Assembly (NCBI GenBank): GCA_964601735.1
Contig: CAZROO010000004.1
Span: 10,289-74,288, forward strand
DNA length: 64,000 bases
Source of the DNA: an uncultured Pseudomonadales bacterium
GTDB lineage: Bacteria > Pseudomonadota > Alphaproteobacteria > UBA2136 > UBA6156
Reading direction: 5' to 3'
Under the pieces are notes generated by a model. The model made no database searches. It was not told the DNA's origin and was given only the letters and a program-made list of their open reading frames with translations. This document shows positions 30,076 through 39,869 of this stretch, in pieces (the first letter of the stretch is position 1; the number at the start of each line of letters is the position of its first letter). The position numbers and the translations under genes are program-made.

Positions 30076-31299
30076 ATGAAGCGCTTGTTTTTTGCCAGCC
30101 TGATTTTTGCCATGCCGGTTTGGGCCGATGGCGGCAGCGCGGTTGTTCCTGTGGGCAGCCGGATGTTGGGTGACGATGGACGTGCCGGGGTAAGGATGCG
30201 GCGTTTTCTGGTGGTTCCGCAGATTGATTTTGCACAAGCTTACAACAGCAATATTTACGCGATGCGCGCGCACCGTAAGAGCGATTACGTCAGCACCGCG
30301 CGCCCGCAGGTGACGGCACAGAGCAACTGGAGCCGGCACGCGCTGAATGTGTTGCTGAAGGGTGAGTTCAACCGCTTTGCGGTGCATGATAAGGAAAACA
30401 CCGACAACTATACTGCCGCTGTTGACGGGCGGCTGGATGTTTTGCGTCAGACCGCACTGGGTGGCGGCTTAAGCTGGGTTCGTGCGCATGAAGACCGGGG
30501 GGACCCGAATAGCCCGGCGACGGCCCTGCACCCGACACAATACGACACCACCACCGGCAAGCTAGGTCTGTGGCGCAACCTGGGAAGGTTCAATGCACGG
30601 GTGGACGGGGAGATTAAGAATCTCGACTACAAAAACGACCTGACCAGAGGTGGCCTGCTGGTAAACAACAACCTGCGCGACCGTACCGATTACGCGCAGG
30701 CTTTGCGGCTGGGATATCAGGCTTATCCGGGTTATGAAATTTATACCGCGGGCACTTTGGACAACCGGGTTTATGACATCAAAGCGCCGCTCAACCGTAA
30801 CAGCCGGGGCGACAGCGTGGTGGCGGGAGTGAGCCATGATCTTTCCGGCAAGACCAAGGCAGATGCCTTTGCCGGTTACACCCACCGCAACTATGGGGTG
30901 GGGCTGCGCGACATTATAACGCCGGTTTACGGGATGGGCCTGACCTGGAATGTGACCGATGCCAGCAGTGTGATTGCGCGCATCAGCCGCAGTATTGAGG
31001 AAACGACGCTGGCCGGCAGCACGGCTTATGTGCTTTCGGATTACGGACTTGATTACCAACACGCCTTTACCCGCCGGTTGCTGGGCACGCTGGGTGCCGA
31101 GCTTGCCAGCTACCAGTATAAAGGTTTTGGCCCGCAGCGGCGTGACGATTTGGATATTGGGCGCCTGGGATTGAGATATTCGCTGAACCGGTTGTTCAGC
31201 TTGGGCGCCGATTACACCTTTACCACCCGCGACAGCAATGCGGCGGGCGGGGATTATGTTCAACACGTGGCGATGCTGCGCCTGACGGGAAGGTTCTGA
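30076..31299 (+). CDS. outer-membrane beta-barrel protein of exopolysaccharide export locus
   Basis: Signal peptide MKRLFFASLIFAMPVWA. Alternating beta-strand pattern. C-terminal Phe (LTGRF). Confidence 0.6.
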   Translation: MKRLFFASLIFAMPVWADGGSAVVPVGSRMLGDDGRAGVRMRRFLVVPQIDFAQAYNSNIYAMRAHRKSDYVSTARPQVTAQSNWSRHALNVLLKGEFNRFAVHDKENTDNYTAAVDGRLDVLRQTALGGGLSWVRAHEDRGDPNSPATALHPTQYDTTTGKLGLWRNLGRFNARVDGEIKNLDYKNDLTRGGLLVNNNLRDRTDYAQALRLGYQAYPGYEIYTAGTLDNRVYDIKAPLNRNSRGDSVVAGVSHDLSGKTKADAFAGYTHRNYGVGLRDIITPVYGMGLTWNVTDASSVIARISRSIEETTLAGSTAYVLSDYGLDYQHAFTRRLLGTLGAELASYQYKGFGPQRRDDLDIGRLGLRYSLNRLFSLGADYTFTTRDSNAAGGDYVQHVAMLRLTGRF

Positions 31300-31301
31300 C
31301 G

Positions 31302-31910
31302 ATGAAGAAGATTCTATTTCTCTTTTTTACCATGATGGTTGCCACCGTTTTTGCGCAGGGTGCGCCGGACTTTTCGCAAGGCTTCACCAATCTGGGGAAT
31401 AATGCCCAGCCTGCCGTTGTGACGCCGCCCGCTGCCGTCAAGCCTGATACCGGCGCCTACACGCTGGGTGGCGGCGACAAGGTGCGGATGACCGTTTTTG
31501 GCGAAGAGGATTTGACCGGCGAATACGATGTGGACGGCACCGGCACACTGGCGCTGCCGCTGATTGGCAACGTGAACGTGAAAGGCAAAACGCTGCGGCA
31601 GGCCGAGGGCCTAATCACCGCACAGTATGCGCATGGCTACCTGGTGAACCCGCGCGTGAGTCTGGAAGTGTTGAACTTCCGGCCCTTTTTTATTTTGGGT
31701 GAGGTAAGCAGGCCGGGCAGTTACCCGTATGTGAACGATATGACCGTCATTAATGCCGTGGCGCTGGCGGGTGGATACACGCCCCGGGCTTCGACCGGTA
31801 CGGTTTACCTGCGTCGTGCCGCCGACCCGCAGCACGGCGAAGTGGAAGTGGATGAGGCCGTCAAGGTGGGGCCGGGTGACGTTATCCGCGTTGACGAGAG
31901 GTTCTTTTAA
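31302..31910 (+). CDS. polysaccharide export protein (Wza/GumB/ExoF family, Poly_export plus SLBB)
   Basis: Signal peptide. Motifs YTLGGGDKVRMTVFGEEDLTG and PLIGNVNVKGKTLRQAEGLI. Confidence 0.8.
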   Translation: MKKILFLFFTMMVATVFAQGAPDFSQGFTNLGNNAQPAVVTPPAAVKPDTGAYTLGGGDKVRMTVFGEEDLTGEYDVDGTGTLALPLIGNVNVKGKTLRQAEGLITAQYAHGYLVNPRVSLEVLNFRPFFILGEVSRPGSYPYVNDMTVINAVALAGGYTPRASTGTVYLRRAADPQHGEVEVDEAVKVGPGDVIRVDERFF

Positions 31911-34073
31911 ATGAGTTTGCTTCGGCTTTTTGTGCGTGAGCAGCTTGAGGGTGTGGAGTGGTTTTTGAACCCGACACTGGCTATGTTGCGGCGTCGCTCG
32001 GCATTGATTTTTGCAGCGACAGGGTTATGCCTTGCCGTTACCGCCGGGTTGCTGTTGTTGACGCCCAGCAAATATACGGCGCAGGCGCTACTGCAAATCA
32101 ACACGCGCCATGAGCAGGTCACCAATGTGTCGGAAGTGCTTTCGAGCTTATCGTCGTCGGACCCGGCGGTGCGCACCGAAATGGATGTTTTACGCTCACG
32201 CCGGTTGGCCGCTGCGGTGATACGCAGACTGAACCTGATGCAGACCGACCCTTCCCTTAACCGCGACTCGTTTGGCGTGATGCTGCGGCATGGCCTGGCG
32301 TATTTTTTATTCCCCGGCAGCAATGAAGAAGTGGGCGGTATGCAGGCACGGCTGACGCGCGCTACCGATAATTTTATGGACAATCTTGGCGTGCGGATGC
32401 TGCCCCATTCGTTTTCGATTGTGGTGGACTACACTGCGCGCGACCCGCAACTGGCGGCGCAGGTGGCCAATGCGGTGGCGCTGGAATACCTGAACAGCCA
32501 GCTTGAAGACCGCTTTGAGGCCACCCGCCGCGCCAGCGGCTGGATTGCCGAACGCCTGAAGCAACTGCGCAACGAAGTGTACGATGCCGAGTTGGCGACG
32601 CAGAAGTTCCGCGAGTCGCACAACCTGACGCAGGCCAAAGGGATGACGCTGACCGAGCAGCAGCTTTCGGAACTCAACTCGCAACTGATTTTGGCCCGCA
32701 CCCAGTTGGCCGAGGCCGAAGCCAAGCTGAGCCAGGCGCAAAGCGGTGGCGGTATTGAAACGAGTAGTGAAGTTCTGAACTCGCCACTCATCCAAAACCT
32801 GCGTGAGCAGGAAACCGAAGTGCGCCGCAAGATGAGCGACCTGGCCTCGCGCTACGGCGCCAAGCACCCGCGCATGCAGACGGTGAAAAACGAACTGGCC
32901 GACGTGCAACGCAAGATACATGAGGAGACGGTGAAGATTCAAGGCAGCCTAGGTAACGACGTTGCCGTGGCCAAGGCGCGCGTGGCGACGCTGGAAAATC
33001 AGCTGGAGGTGTTGCAGCAGAAGACCAGCCTTTCCACCACCGCCGAAGTGCAGTTGGCCGAGCTGGAGCGTCAGGCGCAAGCCGCGCGCAGCCTGTATGA
33101 AAATTTCCTCTCCCGCAGCAAGGAACTGGCACAGATGGATTTATCGCAGGCCGATGCGCGGATGATTTACCCGGCGGAAGCGCCTCTGTACCCCAGCCAG
33201 CCGCAACCGTGGTTATGGCTGCCGCTCGCCGCCATGTTTGGCCTGACGCTGGGTGTTGCGCTGGCACTCCTGCTGGATGCGCTCGACAGCGGCTTCCGCA
33301 CCCTTGAGCAAATGGAAAATATGACCGGTGCCCCTGCCCTGGCTTTGCTGGCTGAATTGCCGGCGAGCGAAGGTAGCTTGTTCAATTACGCGCAGCGCAA
33401 ACCGAGTTCGGCTTTTGCGGAGTCGATTCGTGCGGCCCGCGCCGCGTTGCGGTTTGCCAACCCGGATAAGCCGCCGCAGGTGATTCTGGTGACCAGCAGC
33501 GTGCCAGGCGAAGGCAAAAGCCTGTTCAGCACCAGCCTGGCCCACCTTGCCGCGCTGGGCGGGCAGAAGGTGCTATTGCTGGAAACCGATCTGCGCCGTC
33601 CGACCCTGGCGCAACAATTTGTATTGAAGCCGCGGCATGGATTGGCTGAAGTGCTGGGCGGGGAAGCGGCGCTGAGTGATGCGCTGCATCAACCGCAGGG
33701 TACAAAGCTGACGGTATTGCCCGCTACCGCCTCAAATCCGTTTGCACCGGAATTATTGGCCAGCGGCAAGATGAAAAAGCTGCTGGGTGAGCTGCGCAAG
33801 AAGTTCGATCTTATTATTCTGGACAGTCCGCCGGTGACGGCCGTGGCCGACGCCACGCTGCTGGCGGCACTGGCCGACAGCGTGTTGTTTGTGGTGCGTT
33901 GGGGCACCACGCCACGCACGGTAACAATGAAGGCGCTTGCCGCTCTGAAGGCGGCCCGTGCGCCGTTGGCGGGTTGCTTGCTGAGCCGGGTCGATTTTTC
34001 CAAACAGAAAACTTACGGATACGGCAGTGACGCCTACACCTACAATCAGGCCCAGGCCTATTATACCGACTGA
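31911..34073 (+). CDS. polysaccharide co-polymerase fused to tyrosine autokinase (Wzc/ExoP-like BY-kinase)
   Basis: Two TM segments flank a coiled-coil periplasmic domain. C-terminal P-loop SSVPGEGKS and Walker B DSPPV. Tyr-rich tail (YGYGSDAYTY). Confidence 0.8.
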   Translation: MSLLRLFVREQLEGVEWFLNPTLAMLRRRSALIFAATGLCLAVTAGLLLLTPSKYTAQALLQINTRHEQVTNVSEVLSSLSSSDPAVRTEMDVLRSRRLAAAVIRRLNLMQTDPSLNRDSFGVMLRHGLAYFLFPGSNEEVGGMQARLTRATDNFMDNLGVRMLPHSFSIVVDYTARDPQLAAQVANAVALEYLNSQLEDRFEATRRASGWIAERLKQLRNEVYDAELATQKFRESHNLTQAKGMTLTEQQLSELNSQLILARTQLAEAEAKLSQAQSGGGIETSSEVLNSPLIQNLREQETEVRRKMSDLASRYGAKHPRMQTVKNELADVQRKIHEETVKIQGSLGNDVAVAKARVATLENQLEVLQQKTSLSTTAEVQLAELERQAQAARSLYENFLSRSKELAQMDLSQADARMIYPAEAPLYPSQPQPWLWLPLAAMFGLTLGVALALLLDALDSGFRTLEQMENMTGAPALALLAELPASEGSLFNYAQRKPSSAFAESIRAARAALRFANPDKPPQVILVTSSVPGEGKSLFSTSLAHLAALGGQKVLLLETDLRRPTLAQQFVLKPRHGLAEVLGGEAALSDALHQPQGTKLTVLPATASNPFAPELLASGKMKKLLGELRKKFDLIILDSPPVTAVADATLLAALADSVLFVVRWGTTPRTVTMKALAALKAARAPLAGCLLSRVDFSKQKTYGYGSDAYTYNQAQAYYTD

Positions 34074-34849
34074 TGCTCAGCCGCCTACGCCACGCCTTGC
34101 TGACCCCCGTCATGCCGCGCTGGGAGCGGGGCGAGCTTGCGCCGGGACAGCGCGTTTATGCCATTGGCGATATTCATGGCCGTGCTGATTTATTGGTGCA
34201 ATTATTGGAAAGAATCGAGGCCGATGCCAGTAACTTTGCAGGCGATGTGACGCTGGTGGTTATAGGCGACGTGATTGACCACGGGCCTCAATCGGCCGAG
34301 GTGGTGGATTTATTACAAGGGCAAATACCGACACGCTGGCAAAGCATTTTTTTGCGCGGCAACCACGAGTGGATGATGCAGCGGTTTGTCGTATCGCCGG
34401 AGGAATGGGCCCAGTGGCTGGGTTGGGGCGGCGAGGCCACGCTGGCCAGTTACGGTATAAAAGCCCGGCAGGATAATTATCGTTTACGCCCCTTGGGTGC
34501 GATTGCCGCCGAGCTTGAGCATGCGCTCGAGGTGCGTGGTCATAAACCGTTTTATCAGAATCAGCAGAACTACTGGCGCCACCAGGGATACGCTTTTGTG
34601 CATGCGGGTGTGCGTGGGGGGCTGGAATGGGAAGAGCAACTGGAAAGCGATTTGCTGATGCAGTACCGCGCCGATTTTACCGGCCATCATGATTTGCCGG
34701 AGCGGATTGTTTTTGGCCACACCATTTATGATGAGCCTCTGGTGAGCGGGCATTTTATCGGCATTGATACCGGCGCGCGGAGCAGCGGCGTTTTGACCGC
34801 CGCGGTGCTCGAAGAAAAACGGTTATCCTTTTTTCAGACGCGACCATGA
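34073..34849 (+). CDS. PPP-family metallophosphatase (PrpA/ApaH-like Ser/Thr-Tyr phosphatase)
   Basis: GDIHGR, GDVIDHG and GNHE motifs. ATGA overlaps with both neighbours. Confidence 0.75.
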   Translation: MLSRLRHALLTPVMPRWERGELAPGQRVYAIGDIHGRADLLVQLLERIEADASNFAGDVTLVVIGDVIDHGPQSAEVVDLLQGQIPTRWQSIFLRGNHEWMMQRFVVSPEEWAQWLGWGGEATLASYGIKARQDNYRLRPLGAIAAELEHALEVRGHKPFYQNQQNYWRHQGYAFVHAGVRGGLEWEEQLESDLLMQYRADFTGHHDLPERIVFGHTIYDEPLVSGHFIGIDTGARSSGVLTAAVLEEKRLSFFQTRP

Positions 34850-36246
34850 ATCCTTCGGCTCCTGCCCTTTCTCCACTGAGCGGCATTGCCACTCTGGGTG
34901 TTGCGCTAAGGGTTGCCGATGGGGTTATGGTGGTGGCGCTTTCGTACCTTGCCTACGTGCTGCGTCATGGAGCCTGGCAAATGCCTGCGCCATATGTGGG
35001 CATGACTTTGCTGGGGCTTTTTTTATACGTTGGCAGCGCCGGGTTTGCCGGGCTTTACCAGCCCGCCATTCTGGAACGCGGACTTCTGGGGTTGCCGCGG
35101 CTGGCCATGGTATTGGGTGTGAGCCTGCTGGGCGTGGTGGCGGTGTTGTTCATGCTCAAGGTGTCTGACCAGTTTTCGCGCCTGTGGATGCTGGGTTGGG
35201 GCTTGGGGGTTTTTGCGGGCCTGTTTGCGTTACGGCTTTGGGCAGCGTGGTTTATAGACCGCCAATTAGACCGGGGCCGCTGGCAACGGCGCGTGGCGTT
35301 GCTGGGTGCCGGGCCTCGTGCCGAGCAACTGGTGCGGCACTTAGGCCGCCGCCATGCCGATGCCCGGCTGTTTGGGCTTTACGACCTACCCGGTGGGAGC
35401 GGCAAAACCCGCAAGCGTTTTTTCAAGGGCGACATTGACCGCCTGGTGGCGGATGGCAAGCGTGGCTGGTTTGACGACCTGATTATTGCCATACCGCTGG
35501 ACAGCATTGCCGGCAGCGAGGCGTTGCTGGACAAGCTGCACCAGATTCCGACCAACGTTTTTTATTGCCTGCCCTTGCCGCTGGCCGGCCGCATGAACCG
35601 TCAGGCACATCAGTTGGCGGGCCTGCCGCTGGCGCTGGTGTACCGGCAGCCGCTGCAGCCTCATTTGCTGGCGCTGAAGCGCGGGGTTGATATTGTGCTG
35701 GCGGCTTTGGCGCTGACGGCGGCAAGCCCGTTTATGCTGCTGACCGCGCTGGCGGTTGCCCTTACCAGCCGGGGGCCGGTGCTGTTCAGACAACGGCGCG
35801 GTGGCTTTAACGGCGGCGAGTTTGTGATGCTCAAGTTCCGCAGCATGCGGGCGGGCAGTCACGTCAATCGCCAGGCCAGGCGCAACGACGCGCGGTTGAC
35901 GCCCGTGGGTCGGTTTATCCGCCGTACCAGCCTGGACGAACTGCCGCAACTTATCAACGTGCTGAAAGGCGACATGAGCCTGGTGGGACCCCGCCCACAT
36001 GTGCCGAGCCATAACCGGCAGTATGCCAAGTCGATTGCCCGCTATGCCGGGCGCCACAAAATACGCCCCGGCATGACCGGTTGGGCGCAGGTGCAAGGCT
36101 GGCGCGGCGAAACCGAGACGCTCGACAAGATGCGGAAACGCGTTGAGCTGGACAGTTGGTACATTGAAAACTGGAGTTTTGGACTGGACGTAAAGATTCT
36201 GCTGCTGACGCCGCTGGTGGTACTGTTCCAGCGCAATGCACATTAA
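34846..36246 (+). CDS. undecaprenyl-phosphate hexose-1-phosphate transferase (WcaJ/ExoY-type priming glycosyltransferase)
   Basis: 4-5 N-terminal TM helices. C-terminal bacterial sugar transferase domain (GPRPHVPSHNRQY ... PGMTGWAQV). Confidence 0.85.
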   Translation: MNPSAPALSPLSGIATLGVALRVADGVMVVALSYLAYVLRHGAWQMPAPYVGMTLLGLFLYVGSAGFAGLYQPAILERGLLGLPRLAMVLGVSLLGVVAVLFMLKVSDQFSRLWMLGWGLGVFAGLFALRLWAAWFIDRQLDRGRWQRRVALLGAGPRAEQLVRHLGRRHADARLFGLYDLPGGSGKTRKRFFKGDIDRLVADGKRGWFDDLIIAIPLDSIAGSEALLDKLHQIPTNVFYCLPLPLAGRMNRQAHQLAGLPLALVYRQPLQPHLLALKRGVDIVLAALALTAASPFMLLTALAVALTSRGPVLFRQRRGGFNGGEFVMLKFRSMRAGSHVNRQARRNDARLTPVGRFIRRTSLDELPQLINVLKGDMSLVGPRPHVPSHNRQYAKSIARYAGRHKIRPGMTGWAQVQGWRGETETLDKMRKRVELDSWYIENWSFGLDVKILLLTPLVVLFQRNAH

Positions 36247-36296
36247 ACCTTGAGACGAGTGACAAGCCTTTGGTAAAATGCTAAGCCGACTCCGCC

Positions 36297-36384
36297 GGAG
36301 AGGTGGCAGAGTGGTCGAATGCGGCGGTCTCGAAAACCGTTGAGGTGAAAGCCTTCGGAGGTTCGAATCCTCTCCTCTCCGCCA
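36297..36384 (+). tRNA. tRNA-Ser (anticodon CGA)
   Basis: GGAGAGGTGGCAGAGTGGTCGAATGC...CTCGAAA loop, long variable arm, GGTTCGAATCCTCTCCTCTCCGCCA. Confidence 0.8.
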
Positions 36385-36396
36385 TTTCAATTATTC

Positions 36397-36432
36397 AGCC
36401 GCATCAGATATCGTCTGATGCGGCTTTAAAAT
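36397..36432. terminator. perfect 12-bp stem hairpin terminator
   Basis: AGCCGCATCAGA-TATCG-TCTGATGCGGCT followed by TTAAAATTT. Lies between tRNA-Ser and the kinase remnant. Confidence 0.6.
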
Positions 36433-36498
36433 TTCCAATAACGCCAAACCACAGCAAAACCTTGATAGCGATTTTCCCCCGGTTCATGGCGAGGGCTT

Positions 36499-37309
36499 TT
36501 ACTTGTTTAATTTTGAACAGGCGTCACGCACGTCCTCAAACGCTACCTGCATGGCCGCCAGCATCTCCTCCTTACGGGCACCTGCAGGCACGGTTTCGGC
36601 CTGGGCGGCAAGGTCGGATAGGCTGAAGGCACCCAGGCTGGCGGCGGAGCCTTTAAGCCGGTGTGAGGTTTTGACCCAGGTTTCACTGCCAAAGTCGGTT
36701 TCGTTCAAGGTTTCCAGTCCCTTACTGGTATTGACCAAGAACGTATCAAGCAAAAGAGTACGAGCGGCAGTATCGTTGCCGGTAAGGCTATCGAGAAACC
36801 CCACGTCAAGTGTGCGGTCAACTTCCACTTCCATGCTGGCACTCTCGGCTTCTGGCACCGTGCTTACCACACCACCTTGGTGCCATTTCTGCAAAATCTT
36901 CTGTAACTTCTCAACCGTTACCGGTTTGGTCAGGTAGTCGTTCATGCCTGCTGCAAGGCACGCGTCACGGTGCTCTTTCATGGCATTGGCGGTAAGCGCG
37001 ATGATGGGCGATTTCGTGGCTCATGTTGGCAAGAAATTCAGACTTTGCGTGAGTGGCTGCTTCAGCCTTATCGCGGTATTCCTCAAGCATCTTTTGATGG
37101 CTTGAAGCCCGGCCTAGCACATTAAGCCATTCTATGATGATAAAAGGGCTGACAATTAGAACTGTCATGTCAACCCACGCATCTACTTCACCACCAAAGA
37201 CAAAGTTGGTGCCAGACGACAGTAGAAGGAACAGGGTAAGAACGGCCAGGATACGTAGTTGAAACTGTACCGACTGGTGGTTCCACTTGTTAAAGACCTT
37301 GAACAACAT
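36499..37309 (-). pseudogene. hybrid sensor histidine kinase remnant (internal deletion removes most of HisKA, all of HATPase_c and most of REC)
   Basis: N-terminal TM region and H-box ...SEFLANMSHEI run directly, with a frame change, into a receiver-domain end PIIALTANAMKEHRDACLAAGMNDYLTKP and an Hpt domain (KTSHRLKGSAASLGAF). Confidence 0.65.
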
Positions 37310-37311
37310 AG

Positions 37312-38280
37312 TTATTGACCTTTACTAAGCAGGTTCATCACCTGTTGGATTTTGCTGCGGGTAAAAGGTTTGGCTACGAAGCCGCTCACCCCGGCGGCGC
37401 GGGCTTTGTCCAGATTGTCGCGGTAACCATTGGCGGTCAGCATCACCACGCATCCCTGAGGGTCAGCGGCTTTGAGGTGTTGCAGCACGGTCAGCCCATC
37501 CACATCGGGCAAGCCAATATCGAGGAATACCAAGTCGGGAATATGGGCACGGTATTGGGCCACAGCCTCGGCGGCGCTCTGCGCCATCACGATGGTAAAT
37601 GCAGGGTCGATAAGCCCGGCCAGCAGCATCGAAGTTGAAGGGTCATCTTCCACAATCAAAATAATTTTGCGCTGGCGGCAGGGGCGCAAAGCCAATTCAG
37701 CAGCAGGGATGGAAAACTTTAACGCTTCTTGCTGTGCCAGCTTGGCAAGCTGTTCTTTTTCGGCACGCTGTATCCGCAATTTTTCCTGCTTGGCATGTAC
37801 AATGCTCAGCAGGTCATTCGATTGTGTAGCCAGGTCGTAGCGGGTTATAAGTGTGTCACCTTCGATTTTGCTAAAAGCCTTGATAAGCACCTGCTCTAGT
37901 CCTGGTAGTAACTGGGCGTCAATCTCGCGCACCAGTACCACAATGTCATTATCGGCCAATAAGTAGACGTGAGCGATACCCTCAATGGAGAGGGCCTTAC
38001 GGGTTATAACGTGCACAAAACCTTCCAGCGGGCGGGGCTGCCACGTGTTTGATAAATGCCCTGGAATGGTCAGTATCATGGCTCGCCAACCTGATTCGGC
38101 GGGGTGAATTTTCTCCAACATCGTTGCCAATGCGGCCTCAGCGTTTTCCACCACTACCTGACCCTCGAGACGTGAACCACGGCGGGCGCTGGTGAGCGTC
38201 TGGACAGTAGTGGGCCGGTTAAAGAAGGATTTATCGGTCATGGTGGTCAGCATAGTGCTTATGCTCCCAAGCACAACCAT
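37312..38280 (-). CDS. response regulator with C-terminal receiver domain and N-terminal domain of unknown function
   Basis: C-terminal REC (IILIVEDD...DLVFLDIGLPDVDG...KP). ~190-aa N-region with a coiled-coil stretch. 3 nt upstream of the kinase remnant. Confidence 0.65.
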   Translation of the reverse strand: MVVLGSISTMLTTMTDKSFFNRPTTVQTLTSARRGSRLEGQVVVENAEAALATMLEKIHPAESGWRAMILTIPGHLSNTWQPRPLEGFVHVITRKALSIEGIAHVYLLADNDIVVLVREIDAQLLPGLEQVLIKAFSKIEGDTLITRYDLATQSNDLLSIVHAKQEKLRIQRAEKEQLAKLAQQEALKFSIPAAELALRPCRQRKIILIVEDDPSTSMLLAGLIDPAFTIVMAQSAAEAVAQYRAHIPDLVFLDIGLPDVDGLTVLQHLKAADPQGCVVMLTANGYRDNLDKARAAGVSGFVAKPFTRSKIQQVMNLLSKGQ

Positions 38281-38428
38281 AAGTGTGATTTACTTGACAG
38301 GTGATGTGATATATTTCAAATACATATATGATTCATATGAATATATTATGAATTATCACAACGTACCGATTATTGCCGGTAGCTTGGTTTAATATCGTGC
38401 GTTGGCCTTTGGTAACATTTATTATTTT

Positions 38429-38935
38429 TTAGCGGGCCAAATCTTCGGCCATGCGCAGGTGCTTTTGCAGCGTAGGAAGTGTTTTGGCGGCGTAGCTGCT
38501 TACCTGGCCGTCGTTCTGTTTGGCTTCCTTGGCGTACATGCTGATGTCGGCCTTGTGGTCCTTAATCGTATTTTTGGTGAATTCCTTATCGAATTCCTCG
38601 CCGCGGAGCGTTGCCAGTTTGTTGTAAAGCTCCTGCTGGCTCTTGCTGGGCTCAGTAGGAATGTTGACCCCGACGCTGGATGCGGCCACGCCCGCGGCGC
38701 GGTAGGCATCGGAATGGTCTTGCCGCAGCGTGGCGCCGAAGGCCTTAACCCTGGGGTTGCTGCTGTTCTCCTGCGCCAGCTTGCCGATGTTCACCTCGGC
38801 AAGGTTGCCCTGCATGGCATCGGTAATGAACTTTTGCGCGCTGCCCTCGGCATTGGCGCTGGCGGCGGTGAACAGGCCCACGCCCACCAGCGCGGTGGTG
38901 AAAGTGGCCATTTTCAGATCGTTCATGAGTTTCAT
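38429..38935 (-). CDS. DUF4142-family periplasmic protein
   Basis: Signal peptide MKLMNDLKMATFTTALVGVGLFTAASANA. Duplicated ferritin-like DUF4142 pattern (FVTDAMQGNLAEVNIGKLA..; EFDKEFTKNTIKDHK). Confidence 0.6.
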   Translation of the reverse strand: MKLMNDLKMATFTTALVGVGLFTAASANAEGSAQKFITDAMQGNLAEVNIGKLAQENSSNPRVKAFGATLRQDHSDAYRAAGVAASSVGVNIPTEPSKSQQELYNKLATLRGEEFDKEFTKNTIKDHKADISMYAKEAKQNDGQVSSYAAKTLPTLQKHLRMAEDLAR

Positions 38936-39035
38936 GCGGTTCTCCCCTTGTGTTGGTTCCAGCATCGATGCAGCGGGGTAAAAAATCTGTGAGGAACCCC
39001 CGGCGGTCTCATCAAAGTTATGCTAAACAGGCGGC

Positions 39036-39123
<88 letters not shown>

Positions 39124-39142
39124 ACCGAGAAAGAAAAGATAA

Positions 39143-39730
39143 ATGAAAAAACTCGCCTACCTGCTAACAATTTTAGGAGCCCTGTTCATGGCCAAAGCCA
39201 ATGCCGCCGTTCAAATCGCCGACCCGGACAACACCCTGTACCTTGACCTGAAGGATGGCCGCGTGGTCATCCAGATGTTCCCAGACAAAGCCCCTGCCCA
39301 CGTGGCCCGCATTAAAGAGCTGACCCGCGAAGGCTACTACAACGGCAAGCTGTGGCACCGCGTGATCGCCGGCTTCATGGCCCAGACCGGCAGCCCCAAC
39401 GGCGACGGCATGGGTGGTGCGCCGGGCAAGCCCGACCTCAAGGCTGAGTTCAACGACATCCACCACGCCCGCGGTATTGTGAGCATGGCCCGCGGCGGTA
39501 ACCCCAACAGCGCCAACGCGCAGTTCTTTATTGTGCTGGCTGATTCGGGCTTTCTGGACGGCCAATACACCGCGTGGGGCAAGGTGATTGACGGCATGCA
39601 ACACGTTGACAACATCAAAAAGGGCGACCCCAACGACAACGGCAGCGTGACCGACCCCGATAAAATCGTCAAAATGACGGTGGCCTCGGACGAAGATAAA
39701 GCCAAAAGCAGTAAGACTGCCAAAAAGTAG
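39143..39730 (+). CDS. ppiA: periplasmic cyclophilin-type peptidyl-prolyl cis-trans isomerase
   Basis: Signal peptide. Motifs GYYNGKLWHRVIAGFMAQTG and FFIVLADSGFLDGQYTAWGKVIDGM. Lys-rich C-terminal tail. Confidence 0.85.
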   Translation: MKKLAYLLTILGALFMAKANAAVQIADPDNTLYLDLKDGRVVIQMFPDKAPAHVARIKELTREGYYNGKLWHRVIAGFMAQTGSPNGDGMGGAPGKPDLKAEFNDIHHARGIVSMARGGNPNSANAQFFIVLADSGFLDGQYTAWGKVIDGMQHVDNIKKGDPNDNGSVTDPDKIVKMTVASDEDKAKSSKTAKK

Positions 39731-39743
39731 CCCATAATAGTGA

Positions 39744-39775
39744 AAAGCCCCGGCCCTCGGGGCTTTTCTTTTTTC
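39744..39775 (+). terminator. rho-independent terminator
   Basis: AAAAGCCCCGG-CCCTC-GGGGCTTTT followed by CTTTTTT. Confidence 0.7.
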
Positions 39776-39869
39776 GATAATCGTGAAATAGTTGCCGTGG
39801 CAATTGACAGTATACGTTCTCTACTGCATGGATATGCCCAAGAGTTACGTGGATTTAGAGGGACTGGGG

